DNA of 64,000 nt from Bacteroidales bacterium (GCA_015061035.1 SUXK01000005.1:25645-89644), one strand, 5' to 3'. Counted from the first letter of the stretch, positions 50,422 through 61,599 are shown. Made by a program: numbers and translations. Notes: generated by a model from the sequence alone, not told the origin.

Positions 50422-51753
50422 ATGAGAGCGATAGAGACAATTAAAAATATTTGGAAGATAGAGGATCTAAGATATAGAATCATCACTACCCTATTGCTAA
50501 TAATGGTGTACCGCGTAGGATCATACGTGGTACTACCAGGTATTGATGTTGAAACACTCGCAAACCTACAAGAGCAAACTCGCGGAGGTTTGATGGCGTT
50601 GTTAGACATGTTCTCAGGAGGAGCATTCTCAAATGCATCAATATTCGCATTAGGAATCATGCCCTATATCTCAGCATCTATCGTGATTCAACTTTTGGGA
50701 ATGGCATTGCCATACTTCCAAAAATTGCAACGTGAAGGCGAAAGCGGACGTCGCAAGTTGAATCAATATACTCGCTATCTAACAGTAGCAATCCTATTAA
50801 TACAAGCACCTTCATATTTGGTTAACCTAAAAACCCAAATTGGAGCAGCAGCATTCCCTCAAGGAGTAATGTTTATGATAACATCAACAATCATCCTTGC
50901 AGCAGGAAGTATGTTTGTATTATGGTTAGGAGAGCGCATAACAGATAAAGGTATAGGAAACGGAATCTCATTCATAATCTTGATAGGTATCATAGCACGC
51001 CTACCACAAGCATTAGGATTTGAGTTCATTAACCGTGCAACAACAGCAACAGGAGGATTGGTAATGTTCTTAGCAGAGATCGTATTCCTATTGTTTGTAG
51101 TAGCAGCATCTATTCTATTAGTACAAGGAACACGTAAAGTACCAGTACAATACGCAAAAAGAATAGTAGGCAACAAACAATACGGAGGTGCAAGACAATA
51201 CATCCCCTTGAAAGTGAACAGTGCAGGAGTAATGCCAATCATCTTTGCACAAGCGTTGATGTTCATACCTATCACAATAGTAGGATTCTCAACAACATCA
51301 TCAAGTGCATTTATACAAGCATTCACTGATAACACAGGATTCTGGTATAACTTTGTATATGCAATATTGATCATTGTATTCACATACTTCTATACAGCAA
51401 TCACTATCCAACCCAATCAAATGGCAGAGGATATGAAACGCAACAATGGATTCATTCCCGGAATCAAACCAGGAAAGAAAACAGCAGAGTACATTGATTC
51501 AATAATGTCACGAATCACACTACCAGGTTCAATCTTTTTGGCATTGGTGGCAATCATGCCAGCATTCGCACAAATAGCAGGAATCAGTGCAGAGTTTGCA
51601 CAATTCTTCGGAGGAACATCACTATTGATTCTTGTAGGAGTAATCCTTGACACACTACAACAAATAGAGAGTCACTTGATGATGCACCACTACGATGGAT
51701 TGTTAAAATCAGGCAGAATAAAAGGACGTCAAGGTTCTGTTTCAGCATATTAG
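50422..51753 (+). CDS. secY: Preprotein translocase subunit SecY
   Basis: SIFALGIMPYISASIV, WLGERITDKGIGNGIS, FIPGIKPG. Confidence 0.99.
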   Translation: MRAIETIKNIWKIEDLRYRIITTLLLIMVYRVGSYVVLPGIDVETLANLQEQTRGGLMALLDMFSGGAFSNASIFALGIMPYISASIVIQLLGMALPYFQKLQREGESGRRKLNQYTRYLTVAILLIQAPSYLVNLKTQIGAAAFPQGVMFMITSTIILAAGSMFVLWLGERITDKGIGNGISFIILIGIIARLPQALGFEFINRATTATGGLVMFLAEIVFLLFVVAASILLVQGTRKVPVQYAKRIVGNKQYGGARQYIPLKVNSAGVMPIIFAQALMFIPITIVGFSTTSSSAFIQAFTDNTGFWYNFVYAILIIVFTYFYTAITIQPNQMAEDMKRNNGFIPGIKPGKKTAEYIDSIMSRITLPGSIFLALVAIMPAFAQIAGISAEFAQFFGGTSLLILVGVILDTLQQIESHLMMHHYDGLLKSGRIKGRQGSVSAY

Positions 51754-51769
51754 TCTAAAGTAGATAAAA

Positions 51770-52552
51770 ATGATTTATCTTAAAACAGACGAAGAGATAG
51801 AGTTAATCAGGGAAAGTAACCTGTTGTTAGCAAAAACCATGGGTGAAATAGCCAAATGGGTTGCGCCCGGAGTTACTACCCTAAAACTCGACTCAATAGC
51901 CGAACAATATATTCGCGACAACGGAGGAGTACCAAGTTGTTTAGGATATAGCGGTTATCCAAATTCGATATGTGCATCCGTAAACGAACAAGTAGTACAC
52001 GGAATACCATCAAGCAAAGAGTTGCAGGAAGGTGACATAGTATCGATAGACTTTTGCGTATTGAAGAACGGATTTCATTCCGACTCAACCTACACCTTTC
52101 CAGTAGGAGAAGTGAGTTACGAAGTACAACGACTATTGAAAACAACCAAAGAGTCGTTATACGTAGGAATCGAAAAAGCAGTAGAAGGCAATCGCGTAGG
52201 CGATATAAGCAACGCAATTCAAACCTATTGCGAAAAGAGAGGATACTCACTCGTAAGAGAGATGTGTGGGCACGGAATAGGACGTCAGATGCACGAAGCC
52301 CCCGAAGTTCCCAATTACGGACGCAGAGGGTGCGGACCAGTATTACGAAGTGGTATGGTATTAGCCATAGAACCTATGGTAAATATGGGATCACGTAATA
52401 TAGTAATAGAGAGAGACGGATGGACAGCCCGTACCAAAGACCGCAAACCAGCAGCACACTATGAATTATGTGTAGCAGTACGCGAAGGCAAGGCCGACAT
52501 ACTATCAACATTCAAGTACGTAGAAGAAGTTTTAGGAGATAAATACATTTAA
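51770..52552 (+). CDS. map: Type I methionine aminopeptidase
   Basis: SVNEQVVHGIP, GHGIGRQMHEAP, AIEPMVN. Confidence 0.98.
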   Translation: MIYLKTDEEIELIRESNLLLAKTMGEIAKWVAPGVTTLKLDSIAEQYIRDNGGVPSCLGYSGYPNSICASVNEQVVHGIPSSKELQEGDIVSIDFCVLKNGFHSDSTYTFPVGEVSYEVQRLLKTTKESLYVGIEKAVEGNRVGDISNAIQTYCEKRGYSLVREMCGHGIGRQMHEAPEVPNYGRRGCGPVLRSGMVLAIEPMVNMGSRNIVIERDGWTARTKDRKPAAHYELCVAVREGKADILSTFKYVEEVLGDKYI

Positions 52553-52566
52553 AAAAAAGATAACTT

Positions 52567-52785
52567 ATGGCAAAACAAGCAGCGATAGAACAAGACGGAA
52601 CAATAGTAGAAGCACTGTCTAATGCTATGTTCAGGGTTGAGTTAGAGAATGGACACGAAATAACAGCCCATATCTCAGGCAAGATGCGCATGCATTATAT
52701 AAGAATACTACCTGGCGACAAAGTAAGAGTAGAAATGTCACCTTACGATTTGTCAAAAGGACGTATAGCGTTTAGATATAAATAA
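52567..52785 (+). CDS. infA: Translation initiation factor IF-1
   Basis: [20 protein letters not shown]. Confidence 0.99.
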   Translation: MAKQAAIEQDGTIVEALSNAMFRVELENGHEITAHISGKMRMHYIRILPGDKVRVEMSPYDLSKGRIAFRYK

Positions 52786-52800
52786 AAAAACTAAATAAAA

Positions 52801-52917
52801 ATGAAAGTAAGAGCATCATTAAAAAAGCGCACACCGGAGTGTAAAATAGTTAGACGCAACGGAAAGTTGTATGTAATTAACAAGAAAAATCCAAAGTATA
52901 AACAACGTCAAGGATAA
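52801..52917 (+). CDS. rpmJ: 50S ribosomal protein L36 (not in the ORF track, 38 aa, non-zinc type)
   Basis: Manual translation [38 protein letters not shown]. Confidence 0.97.
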   Translation: MKVRASLKKRTPECKIVRRNGKLYVINKKNPKYKQRQG

Positions 52918-52923
52918 TTTTAT

Positions 52924-52931
52924 TATCTTTG
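52924..52931 (+). promoter_or_regulatory. Internal -7 box TATCTTTG for the alpha operon
   Basis: TAnnTTTG 25 nt upstream of rpsM. Confidence 0.6.
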
Positions 52932-52956
52932 CAAAATATTTATCAGTAATTAATAT

Positions 52957-53337
52957 ATGGCAGTAAGAATTGTCGGTGTTGATCTACCGCAAAATAAAAG
53001 AGGTGAAATCGCTTTGACCTACATATTCGGTATCGGTCGAAGTGCGTCAAAAACCATCTTAGAGAAAGCTGGAATTGACAAAAACATTAAAGTAAAAGAT
53101 TGGACAGACGACCAAGCAGCAAAAGTTCGTGAGATCATTGGATCAGAGTACAAAGTAGAAGGAGATCTTCGTACAGAAGTACAACTAAACATCAAACGAT
53201 TAATGGATATTGGTTGTTATCGTGGAGTACGTCACCGTAATGGACTTCCCGTTCGTGGACAAAGTACAAAAAACAATGCCCGCACACGTAAGGGTAAAAA
53301 GAAAACCGTTGCAAATAAGAAAAAAGCTACTAAATAA
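52957..53337 (+). CDS. rpsM: 30S ribosomal protein S13
   Basis: [24 protein letters not shown]. Confidence 0.99.
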   Translation: MAVRIVGVDLPQNKRGEIALTYIFGIGRSASKTILEKAGIDKNIKVKDWTDDQAAKVREIIGSEYKVEGDLRTEVQLNIKRLMDIGCYRGVRHRNGLPVRGQSTKNNARTRKGKKKTVANKKKATK

Positions 53338-53346
53338 TAAGTAAGT

Positions 53347-53736
53347 ATGGCAAAAAAAACAGTCGCAGTAAAGAAGAGAAAAGTACATGTAGGCGCTGTG
53401 GGTCAAGCTCACATCCACTCTTCATTTAACAACATCATCGTCTCAATCGCCAACGAAGACGGACAAGTTATCTCTTGGTCTTCAGCAGGTAAAATGGGAT
53501 TTAGAGGATCAAAGAAAAATACTCCTTATGCAGCACAAATGGCAGCTCAAGACTGCGGAAAAGTTGCATTTGATTTAGGTCTACGTAAAGTAAAAGCATA
53601 CGTTAAAGGCCCGGGTAATGGTCGTGAATCAGCAATCCGTACAATTGCACAATTAGGCATTGACGTAATAGAGATTATAGACGTAACTCCATTGCCTCAC
53701 AATGGATGTCGTCCTCCAAAAAGAAGGAGAGTATAA
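53347..53736 (+). CDS. rpsK: 30S ribosomal protein S11
   Basis: [26 protein letters not shown]. Confidence 0.99.
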   Translation: MAKKTVAVKKRKVHVGAVGQAHIHSSFNNIIVSIANEDGQVISWSSAGKMGFRGSKKNTPYAAQMAAQDCGKVAFDLGLRKVKAYVKGPGNGRESAIRTIAQLGIDVIEIIDVTPLPHNGCRPPKRRRV

Positions 53737-53770
53737 GAGTATTATTAACATTAACAGTTTTTTTGAGCCA

Positions 53771-53836
53771 CCATCACAAGATGAAATAAAGATTGCCTTT
53801 TATAATCCTCTCGCAATCGCGGCTGCATCTTAATGG
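53771..53836 (+). promoter_or_regulatory. Candidate S4-binding ribosomal protein leader upstream of rpsD
   Basis: Stems AAGATG/CATCTT and GATTGC/GCAATC with a GCGGCTG bulge; location matches described Bacteroidia S4 leaders. Confidence 0.55.
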
Positions 53837-53872
53837 ACAAGATCAAGAAAACAAAAATTAAACAAGTTAAAA

Positions 53873-54481
53873 ATGGCAAGATATACAGGACCTAAATCAA
53901 GAATTGCACGTAAATTCGGAGAGGCAATTTTTGGAGCAGATAAAGTGTTGTCAAAGAAGAACTATCCTCCAGGACAACACGGACTAAACAAAAGAAGAAA
54001 AACATCTGAGTACGGAACACAACTTGCAGAGAAGCAAAAAGCAAAATACACTTACGGAGTATTAGAGCGTCAGTTCCGCATACTATTTGAGAAAGCATCA
54101 CGCACAAAAGGTATTACAGGTGAGGTATTACTACAACTATTGGAGTCACGTCTTGACAACGTAGTATATCGCTTAGGTATAGCACCAACACGTGCAGCTG
54201 CTCGTCAATTAGTATCACACCGTCACATTGTTGTTGATGGAAAAGTAGTAAACATTCCTTCATACCAATTGAAACCCGGACAAGTAGTAGGAGTACGTGA
54301 GAAATCAAAATCATTAGAGAATATCACAGACTCACTTGCAGGATTCAACCACAGCAAATATCCTTGGATTGAGTGGGATGAAGCAACAAAAAGCGGAAAA
54401 TATCTACACATTCCAGAAAGAGCAGATATTCCTGAGAATATCAAAGAGCAATTAATCGTTGAGTTGTACTCTAAACAATAA
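53873..54481 (+). CDS. rpsD: 30S ribosomal protein S4
   Basis: [24 protein letters not shown]. Confidence 0.99.
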   Translation: MARYTGPKSRIARKFGEAIFGADKVLSKKNYPPGQHGLNKRRKTSEYGTQLAEKQKAKYTYGVLERQFRILFEKASRTKGITGEVLLQLLESRLDNVVYRLGIAPTRAAARQLVSHRHIVVDGKVVNIPSYQLKPGQVVGVREKSKSLENITDSLAGFNHSKYPWIEWDEATKSGKYLHIPERADIPENIKEQLIVELYSKQ

Positions 54482-54489
54482 TAAGAATT

Positions 54490-55479
54490 ATGGCGATATT
54501 AGCATTTCAAAAACCCGAAGAGGTAGTCATGGTAGAGGCTACACAGTTCTTTGGAAAATTCGAATTCCGTCCTTTGGAGCCTGGCTACGGTGTTACAGTA
54601 GGCAATGCGTTACGCCGTATTCTCCTCTCTTCATTAGAGGGATTTGCAATTACCTCAATACGCATTGAGGGAGTTGATCATGAGTTTGCAACCATTCCCG
54701 GAGTATTGGAAGACGTATCAAACATAATCTTGAACTTAAAGAAAGTACGTCTAAAAAGAATCGTTGAAGATGTAGAGACTGAGAAAGTTTCATTAACATG
54801 TTCAGGCTCAGAATTCAAAGCCGGAGATATAAGCAAGGCGCTATCAAGTTTTGAGGTGTTGAACCCTGAGTTGGTAATCTGCCACCTTGATTCAAGTGCA
54901 AAATTCAACATTGAGTTGAACATTAACAAAGGACGTGGATATGTACCCGCTGAAGAGAACGCACAACCCACTGATGCAGTTGATGTAATAGCAATAGACT
55001 CAATATACACACCAATCGTAAATGTAAAATACTACTACGATCCCTATCGTGTAGAGCAAAAAACAGACTACGAGAAGTTGACAATTGAGGTAACAACCGA
55101 TGGATCAATTCACCCAAAAGATGCATTAAAAGAGGCAGCAAAAATATTGATGTATCACTTTATGATGTTCTCTGATGAGAAGATAACATTAGAGTCGTCA
55201 GATGGTGATGGAAACGAGGAATTTGATGAAGAGGTATTACATATGCGTCAATTGTTGAAGAGCCGTTTAACTGACATGGATCTTTCAGTTCGTGCATTAA
55301 ACTGCCTAAAATCAGCAGATGTTGAGACATTAGCAGAGTTGGTGGTATTCAACAAAAACGATCTATTGAAATTCCGAAACTTCGGTAAAAAATCACTAAA
55401 CGAGTTAGATGACCTTTTGGCAGGATTGAACCTATCTTTCGGAATGGACATCTCTAAATATAAATTAGATAAAGAATAA
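54490..55479 (+). CDS. rpoA: DNA-directed RNA polymerase subunit alpha
   Basis: [37 protein letters not shown]. Confidence 0.99.
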   Translation: MAILAFQKPEEVVMVEATQFFGKFEFRPLEPGYGVTVGNALRRILLSSLEGFAITSIRIEGVDHEFATIPGVLEDVSNIILNLKKVRLKRIVEDVETEKVSLTCSGSEFKAGDISKALSSFEVLNPELVICHLDSSAKFNIELNINKGRGYVPAEENAQPTDAVDVIAIDSIYTPIVNVKYYYDPYRVEQKTDYEKLTIEVTTDGSIHPKDALKEAAKILMYHFMMFSDEKITLESSDGDGNEEFDEEVLHMRQLLKSRLTDMDLSVRALNCLKSADVETLAELVVFNKNDLLKFRNFGKKSLNELDDLLAGLNLSFGMDISKYKLDKE

Positions 55480-55484
55480 CAACG

Positions 55485-55970
55485 ATGAGACATAATAAAA
55501 AATTCAACCACTTGAGCAGAACTGCTTCACACAGAGCAGCCATGTTGTCAAACATGACTTGTTCATTGATAATGCACAAGCGTATATTCACAACTTTAGC
55601 AAAAGCAAAAGCATTAAGAGTATATGCTGAGCCTATCATCAACAAGGCAAAAGAAGACACAACAGCATCTCGCCGTGTAGTATTTAGTTATTTGCAAGAC
55701 AAAAAAGCAGTAAAAGAGCTTTTCGGAGATATAGCAACTAAAATTGCAGAGCGTAACGGAGGATACACTCGTATCATCAAAACAGGAACACGTCTTGGAG
55801 ACGGAGCAAAAACTTGTTTTATTGAGTTAGTAGATTACAACGAGAATATGCTTAAAGAGAAAACAGCTAAAAAAGCAACTCGTACACGTCGCTCAAAAAA
55901 AGCAGCAGCACCAGTTGCTGAGGCTCCAGTTGCAGAGGCACCAGTTGCTGAAACTCCAGCAGCAGAGTAA
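55485..55970 (+). CDS. rplQ: 50S ribosomal protein L17 with Ala/Pro/Glu-rich C-terminal extension
   Basis: [25 protein letters not shown]. Confidence 0.99.
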   Translation: MRHNKKFNHLSRTASHRAAMLSNMTCSLIMHKRIFTTLAKAKALRVYAEPIINKAKEDTTASRRVVFSYLQDKKAVKELFGDIATKIAERNGGYTRIIKTGTRLGDGAKTCFIELVDYNENMLKEKTAKKATRTRRSKKAAAPVAEAPVAEAPVAETPAAE

Positions 55971-55997
55971 TATAGAGCATAAACAATCTATATACAG

Positions 55998-56032
55998 AAA
56001 AAGAGAACGATTTTTATCGTTCTCTTTTTTTT
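55998..56032 (+). terminator. Intrinsic (likely bidirectional) terminator after rplQ
   Basis: AAAAAGAGAACGAT TTTT ATCGTTCTCTTTTTTTT. Confidence 0.85.
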
Positions 56033-56126
56033 ATAGATAAAGTAGAGAGTAATTTATTTATTTTGTAAAGTTTTAGTTGTCGCTACAATTAGAAGCATCA
56101 ATCCCTGACAATCACCATATATACTA

Positions 56127-56978
56127 TCAAATTATTACCCTCACAACCTTAACTCCAACGTGGTGTTTTTGTTTTGCGAGGTATTCACTTAGAGGAAGGG
56201 GATCAATGATCACCTCCTTTTCCCCTGAAGAGGCGTGGAGTAGATGAATTTTGCCGTTAACAAATGAGGCAAACCCAACGTGCGATATATCCAACCCTTT
56301 AATATCTGTTACGATAACAATAATATCACCCTCTTTAACGCTCTCTTTTGTCAGTAGAGCAACTTTGTGTTTGGGTATATATGTGAATGGTTGAGCAGAT
56401 AAAAACGCTTCAGTGGCTTCTATTTTGCTTAGGATAGTGTCCGAAGTGATGCCTTTGTACCAGTCGGCATTAAGGCTCATAAAGTTTATTGAGCGTTGCT
56501 CTGTTGTAATAAGGTTGTCAGGTAAAATCTCCTCAACAATACCCATTGTTTGGTTATTATATATCCACTCGCTGAAGTAGTGCAGTCGGCTCTCATAACC
56601 ATTGCACTTGCCATTGCGGTAGCGAATTATCTCCAACTCTTTTAAGAATGAGTTAAAATCTGTTGTCCCCTTGTTTATGCAACGGGTAAGAGTGGTAACC
56701 GTCTCAACAAAGGTGGTGCAGTCGAGCGAGTCAAACCTCACAACAATACCCTCTGTTTGCTCTCTGTCCAAAGTGCCTCCTTGATAAGGTATGCCTAAAA
56801 ATAGTTTAGCAACATCAGTTGTGCTTACTGGTTTAGAGTCAAACGTGTGGGTTAATATCTCCTCACATTTTACAGAGTCTTTTGCGGTATAATAAACAAT
56901 ATTCTCACTCTCAGCGGACATTCCACAACAAGATAGAGTGAGTAGTAATGAGGATAATATTATATAAAAATAGTGCAT
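56127..56978 (-). CDS. DUF1460 / N-acetylmuramoyl-L-alanine amidase-like protein (NlpC/P60 superfamily)
   Basis: FLGIPYQGGTL, LDCTTFVE, RLHYFSEW, GLDISHVG, LLHASS. Confidence 0.9.
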   Translation of the reverse strand: MHYFYIILSSLLLTLSCCGMSAESENIVYYTAKDSVKCEEILTHTFDSKPVSTTDVAKLFLGIPYQGGTLDREQTEGIVVRFDSLDCTTFVETVTTLTRCINKGTTDFNSFLKELEIIRYRNGKCNGYESRLHYFSEWIYNNQTMGIVEEILPDNLITTEQRSINFMSLNADWYKGITSDTILSKIEATEAFLSAQPFTYIPKHKVALLTKESVKEGDIIVIVTDIKGLDISHVGFASFVNGKIHLLHASSGEKEVIIDPLPLSEYLAKQKHHVGVKVVRVII

Positions 56979-57009
56979 GGCTTTATCTATAACAATCTTG
57001 TTCCCAATT

Positions 57010-57185
57010 TAGCCTACTGCTTGGGTTGCTCTTTTCTGCGGACAGAGCGTGCTCTGTCCCTACTTGCTTGAGATGCCCTTTTTTGCGGACGTGGCGGATA
57101 GACGTCCCCTATTTGATTAAGATATTTTCATCTAACAAAGTTGCGATAGCAAGTTCAACAAACGAAGTTTGTTAACTAACAACAA
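57010..57185 (-). repeat. Third, degenerate REP mosaic between ispG and the DUF1460 gene
   Basis: Minus strand GTAGGGACAGAGC AC GCTCTGTCCGC (57038-57063), degenerate copy 57085-57112, linkers shared with arrays 1 and 2. Confidence 0.75.
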
Positions 57186-57189
57186 ACAA

Positions 57190-58956
57190 CTAAGAGCGGT
57201 CCTCCTCAATAAACTTCAATAGGCGTTCAACAGCCTCATCTTCGGGGATATTCTTCTCAATACAAACTTTTCCCTTATATAGGCTAATCTTGCCACGAGC
57301 AGCACCAACATAGCCATAGTCGGCATCTGCCATTTCGCCCGGTCCATTTACAATGCAACCCATAATGCCAATCTTCAACCCAACAAGATGTGCGGTAGCC
57401 TCTTTAATACGGGCAACTGTTTTTTGTAAATCAAATTGAGTTCTGCCACAACCCGGACATGAGATATACTCGGTTTTGGTTGTTCTTAGTCGTGCCGCCT
57501 GAAGTGCTGAGAATGCAATAGTTGTTATTGTGTTGTTATCAATGCAACCATTGTTTGCAATCATCACGCCATTGCCAACGCCATCAAGTAGCAAAGCACC
57601 CAAATCGGCACCACACTTAATTTGTAGAGCCTCTTTCTCGTTCTCTGCATATTGCAACATCAATACAACAGGGTTATCGCATCCCCTGCGGGTAAGAGTG
57701 TGTGCCGTTGCTCTTAACTCGCCCACCATATTTGCGTGGTTGCTGTATGCCATTACAATAACACTTTTATGGTTTGCAATAAAGGTAATAATGCTATCGG
57801 TTAGTTGTGGGTATTGTAGTTTTAAAATAAGTGGTTCAGAGCAGTTTTCGTAATGCTCAATATCTTCAACTCCAATAACTTTGATTGAGATATTCTCTCC
57901 AACACATAAACTCTCTTTTAAAATGTAGTCGGGTTTAAGTGTGCCGGTAAGCGAACAATCTCCGTTGCAAATAACAATAGGTGCATTATCTCCACCTACG
58001 TTGGCAACTGAGAACGATGGTCTGCGTTCCATATTCAGATATGAGTAACCTTCGTAAGGAGTGGCAATAATCTCTTTGTGTCCCTCTCGCTCCTGAACGT
58101 AGTTTACCAATTGCAATGCAACAGGAACTTCGTTTTGTGGTGGCTCGCTTAGTGAAACTCTAATGGTATCACCAATACCATCGCAAAGCAATGCTCCAAT
58201 TCCCACAGCCGATTTAATACGACCGTCTTCTCCATCGCCAGCCTCAGTAACGCCAAGGTGAAGAGGGTAGTTCATATCTTCACGCTCCATAGCGTCAATA
58301 AGTAGCCTTACCGATTTTACCATAACAACGGTGTTTGATGCTTTTATTGAGAGAGCCACATTGTTGAACCTCTCACGCTTACAAACGCGAAGGAACTCCA
58401 TGCACGACTCGGCAATACCTTCGGGAGTGTCGCCGTATCGGCTCATAATTCTATCCGACAATGAGCCATGATTAACACCAATCCTCAAAGCGGTGTTATG
58501 CTCTTTGCATATGTTGAGCAGTTGTATAAAACGCTCTTCAAGACGCTTAATCTCCTCTCTGTAACTATCATCGGTATATTCAATAATTTTGAATACCCTT
58601 GCACTATCGGTAAAATTACCCGGATTGATTCTTATCTTATCGGTAATCTTAGCGGCAGCATCAGCCACATTGGGGTTAAAATGAATATCCGCAATAAGGG
58701 GAGTGGTATTGCCTTTTGCTCTTAATGTTTCACGTATAACGGCAAGTGCATCAACCTCCAATACTCCTTGAGTGGTTAAACGTACATAGTCGGCTCCAGC
58801 ATCGGCAATTTCCAAAACCTGTTTCACGCTCGCTTCAATGTTGCGAGTAGAGGTGTCGGTCATCGATTGAATTCGTATGGGGTTATCTCCACCCAAAGGA
58901 ATACCCCCAATGTTTGTTACCGAACTAACCCTTCTGCGGTAGTTAAAAATATCCAT
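57190..58956 (-). CDS. ispG: (E)-4-hydroxy-3-methylbut-2-enyl-diphosphate synthase (long form)
   Basis: IRIQSMT, ADIHF, RINPGN, RIGVNHGSL, LHLGVTEAG, ISCPGCGR, MGCIVNGPGE. Confidence 0.97.
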   Translation of the reverse strand: MDIFNYRRRVSSVTNIGGIPLGGDNPIRIQSMTDTSTRNIEASVKQVLEIADAGADYVRLTTQGVLEVDALAVIRETLRAKGNTTPLIADIHFNPNVADAAAKITDKIRINPGNFTDSARVFKIIEYTDDSYREEIKRLEERFIQLLNICKEHNTALRIGVNHGSLSDRIMSRYGDTPEGIAESCMEFLRVCKRERFNNVALSIKASNTVVMVKSVRLLIDAMEREDMNYPLHLGVTEAGDGEDGRIKSAVGIGALLCDGIGDTIRVSLSEPPQNEVPVALQLVNYVQEREGHKEIIATPYEGYSYLNMERRPSFSVANVGGDNAPIVICNGDCSLTGTLKPDYILKESLCVGENISIKVIGVEDIEHYENCSEPLILKLQYPQLTDSIITFIANHKSVIVMAYSNHANMVGELRATAHTLTRRGCDNPVVLMLQYAENEKEALQIKCGADLGALLLDGVGNGVMIANNGCIDNNTITTIAFSALQAARLRTTKTEYISCPGCGRTQFDLQKTVARIKEATAHLVGLKIGIMGCIVNGPGEMADADYGYVGAARGKISLYKGKVCIEKNIPEDEAVERLLKFIEEDRS

Positions 58957-58965
58957 TTTCTATTA

Positions 58966-59472
58966 TTAGTTTGTTTTGTATTTATACTCTATTTTAGCAA
59001 GTTCTTCGTTAGCCTTTACAATTTTTTGTGCCAACGCTGCTTTATAGGTTTTAAATTTAGATGCAATATTCTCATCACTTAGCGATAGCATCTGTATTGC
59101 TAAAATTGCAGCATTCAAAGCCCCGTTTATACCAACGGTTGCAACAGGTATTCCCGGAGGCATCTGCACAATGGCAAGAAGTGCGTCCATACCATCAAGA
59201 GTTGAGTTGATGGGAACTCCAATAACGGGTAGAGGTGTACTTGCTGCAATAACACCGGGAAGGTGAGCAGCCATACCTGCGGCAGCAATAATAACTTTAA
59301 TACCTCGTGCTTCGGCATTTTTTGCAAACTCTTCAACCTCAACGGGAGTGCGGTGAGCCGATAGTGCATTCATCTCAAATGGAATTTCAAACTCATCAAG
59401 CAATTTAGCCGCTTTCTCCATAATGGGCAAATCTGATGTACTGCCCATAATAATACTAACAATAGGTTTCAT
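58966..59472 (-). CDS. purE: N5-carboxyaminoimidazole ribonucleotide mutase
   Basis: [35 protein letters not shown]. Confidence 0.98.
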   Translation of the reverse strand: MKPIVSIIMGSTSDLPIMEKAAKLLDEFEIPFEMNALSAHRTPVEVEEFAKNAEARGIKVIIAAAGMAAHLPGVIAASTPLPVIGVPINSTLDGMDALLAIVQMPPGIPVATVGINGALNAAILAIQMLSLSDENIASKFKTYKAALAQKIVKANEELAKIEYKYKTN

Positions 59473-59487
59473 ATCTTATAATATAGT

Positions 59488-60087
59488 TTAAAATAATAAT
59501 TTCGTAAAAATAGCAATAGTGTAACTCCAACTGAATCCGAGAATTGCACCAGTAATAACCTCTCCCGGAGTATGCTCTTTTAGATATACTCTTGCACTAC
59601 CTAACATGCCTCCTAATAAAATTATAAGGCAAATAATCTCCAAAGAAACAAAACTTTGGAACTTGGCAATTATAAATGTTGCTCCAATCAATACCCCATA
59701 CATGGTTGTGTGGAACGATATATTATATTTTTTGTTAAACAGGTGTAGTGTAATTATTGCCAATATTGCACTAATTAAAAAACTAATTCTCCATACAGGA
59801 ATACCTCTACTTAAAAGATAATATGCCAATGTAAAATTACCAATCCCAAAAGCCATATATAAAGGGCCTCTTTCACTGCTTTTATCGTTAAGATTTACTC
59901 TATTTATTCTTGATACAAGAAAGGGTATAAGTGTTGTGAACAGTGCAACAACTCCTAACAATACTCCAAAAGAGTAGAGCGAAACAGTGCTGAAATATGC
60001 CGAGAGAAAGATAAGGGCATATAAGTATATGAATATAAAATATGGAGATAATACACCCGAAATAAATTTGGATAATACTCTTAACAT
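59488..60087 (-). CDS. PAP2-superfamily-like integral membrane protein
   Basis: Multiple TM helices; ISFH and SARVYLKEHT motifs. Confidence 0.75.
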   Translation of the reverse strand: MLRVLSKFISGVLSPYFIFIYLYALIFLSAYFSTVSLYSFGVLLGVVALFTTLIPFLVSRINRVNLNDKSSERGPLYMAFGIGNFTLAYYLLSRGIPVWRISFLISAILAIITLHLFNKKYNISFHTTMYGVLIGATFIIAKFQSFVSLEIICLIILLGGMLGSARVYLKEHTPGEVITGAILGFSWSYTIAIFTKLLF

Positions 60088-60093
60088 AAACTA

Positions 60094-61569
60094 CTAAAAC
60101 TCCTTTCTTAGTCTTGCTATGGGGATTTCGCACAACTCTCTATATTTGGCAACTGTGCGTCTTGCAATTTTGTATCCCTTTTCGCAAAGGATTTTGCAGA
60201 TTGCACTATCTGAGAGAGGGCGTTTTTTATCTTCACCTTCAACAATATCTGCTATAATCTTTTTAATCTCTCTTGAAGAGACATCTTCTCCTTCGTTGGT
60301 TTGCATGCTCTCCGAGAAGAGATATTTAAGAGGATATATGCCAAAACGAGTTTGCATATATTTGCCGTTGATAACACGCGACACTGTTGATATGTCATAA
60401 GAGGTTATCTCTGCAATATCTTTTAAAATCATAGGACGGAGATTGCGCTCATCACCAGTTATAAAGAACTCTTTTTGAATTGCTATTATTGCTGTCATTA
60501 TTTTTGTCAAAGTAATTTGTCGCTGTTTTACAGCATTTATGAACGAATGAGCAGCATCTAATTTTTGTTTTACAAATATAAGAGCCTCTTTTTTCTCCTT
60601 TGTGCGATTGGCCTTATTGCTGTTGTAATCCTTATACATATCAGCATATTTTTGGCTTATGGTCAGTTCGGGAATATTTCCAGAGTCCATTGAGAAGGTG
60701 ACATCTCCATCGTTCTCCTCAACAATAAAATCTGGAATTATTTGGTTGTTAGTATCGCTATACGTTGAGTTCCATGCATTACCAGGGCGAGGATTTAGTT
60801 GGGTAAGAGTTTTTATAGTTCTTTTGAGAAGTTCTTTGTCTAACCCAAGAGCCTTGCCAATTTTGTCGTAATGTTTTTTGCTGAAGGCTTCAAAATGGTT
60901 GGTTATAATCTCTTTGGCTATAACAACACTCTCATCGCAGTTCTCAATTCTCTCAAGTTGGAGCATAAGACACTCTTGAAGTGTGGATGCTGCAACACCG
61001 GCAGGTTCAAACTCTTTTATCTTTTCAAGAATAGGTGCTATTTTATCAACACTTATATCAAGACCAGCCTGAAAAATTAAATCATCTGAAATTGATTGTA
61101 ATGATCTTCTCAGATAACCATCGTCATCAATGTTGCCTATAATATATTCTGCAATCTTCTCGTCAAGTTCCGATAGTTCAATCAAACCAAGTTGATCAAA
61201 CAGATAATCTTGAATAGAACTATCTCCTAAAAAAGGTATATCTCCTTTATATTCCTTGTTATTATCTTTTTCGTATTGAAAAATTTTATAATCAGGGATG
61301 TCATCCTCTGAGAAGTAATCTCCCAGCGAAAAGTCCTCGTTACTACCTTCTTCATCATTGTTGTTTATGGCATAATCATCTTTCAATGGAGAATCAATCT
61401 CCCCATCGTTTCCAATGCTAACCTCTTCAAGAGCAGGGTTATCAATAATCTCTTGTTTGATTTTCTCCTCAAATTCCAAGCTATTAAGTTCCATCATGCG
61501 TATAACTTGAATCTGTTGAGGATTGAGACGCTGTTGGGTTTTTAGTTCTAACTGCTGTGTTAATGCCAT
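60094..61569 (-). CDS. rpoN: RNA polymerase sigma-54 factor
   Basis: Q/L-rich region I, YIIGNIDDDGYL, ISTVSRV, RpoN box ARRTVAKYRE. Confidence 0.97.
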   Translation of the reverse strand: MALTQQLELKTQQRLNPQQIQVIRMMELNSLEFEEKIKQEIIDNPALEEVSIGNDGEIDSPLKDDYAINNNDEEGSNEDFSLGDYFSEDDIPDYKIFQYEKDNNKEYKGDIPFLGDSSIQDYLFDQLGLIELSELDEKIAEYIIGNIDDDGYLRRSLQSISDDLIFQAGLDISVDKIAPILEKIKEFEPAGVAASTLQECLMLQLERIENCDESVVIAKEIITNHFEAFSKKHYDKIGKALGLDKELLKRTIKTLTQLNPRPGNAWNSTYSDTNNQIIPDFIVEENDGDVTFSMDSGNIPELTISQKYADMYKDYNSNKANRTKEKKEALIFVKQKLDAAHSFINAVKQRQITLTKIMTAIIAIQKEFFITGDERNLRPMILKDIAEITSYDISTVSRVINGKYMQTRFGIYPLKYLFSESMQTNEGEDVSSREIKKIIADIVEGEDKKRPLSDSAICKILCEKGYKIARRTVAKYRELCEIPIARLRKEF

Positions 61570-61599
61570 ATAAAACTACAATAGAATTATTGTGCGAAG

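Noticed and set aside
47551-52917. Zinc-independent S14 and L36 in the main cluster
   Set aside because: Usual for Bacteroidales; not a zinc-starvation paralogue set
55905-55967. 15-bp tandem repeats at the end of rplQ
   Set aside because: They encode the common low-complexity APVAE tail of Bacteroidota L17
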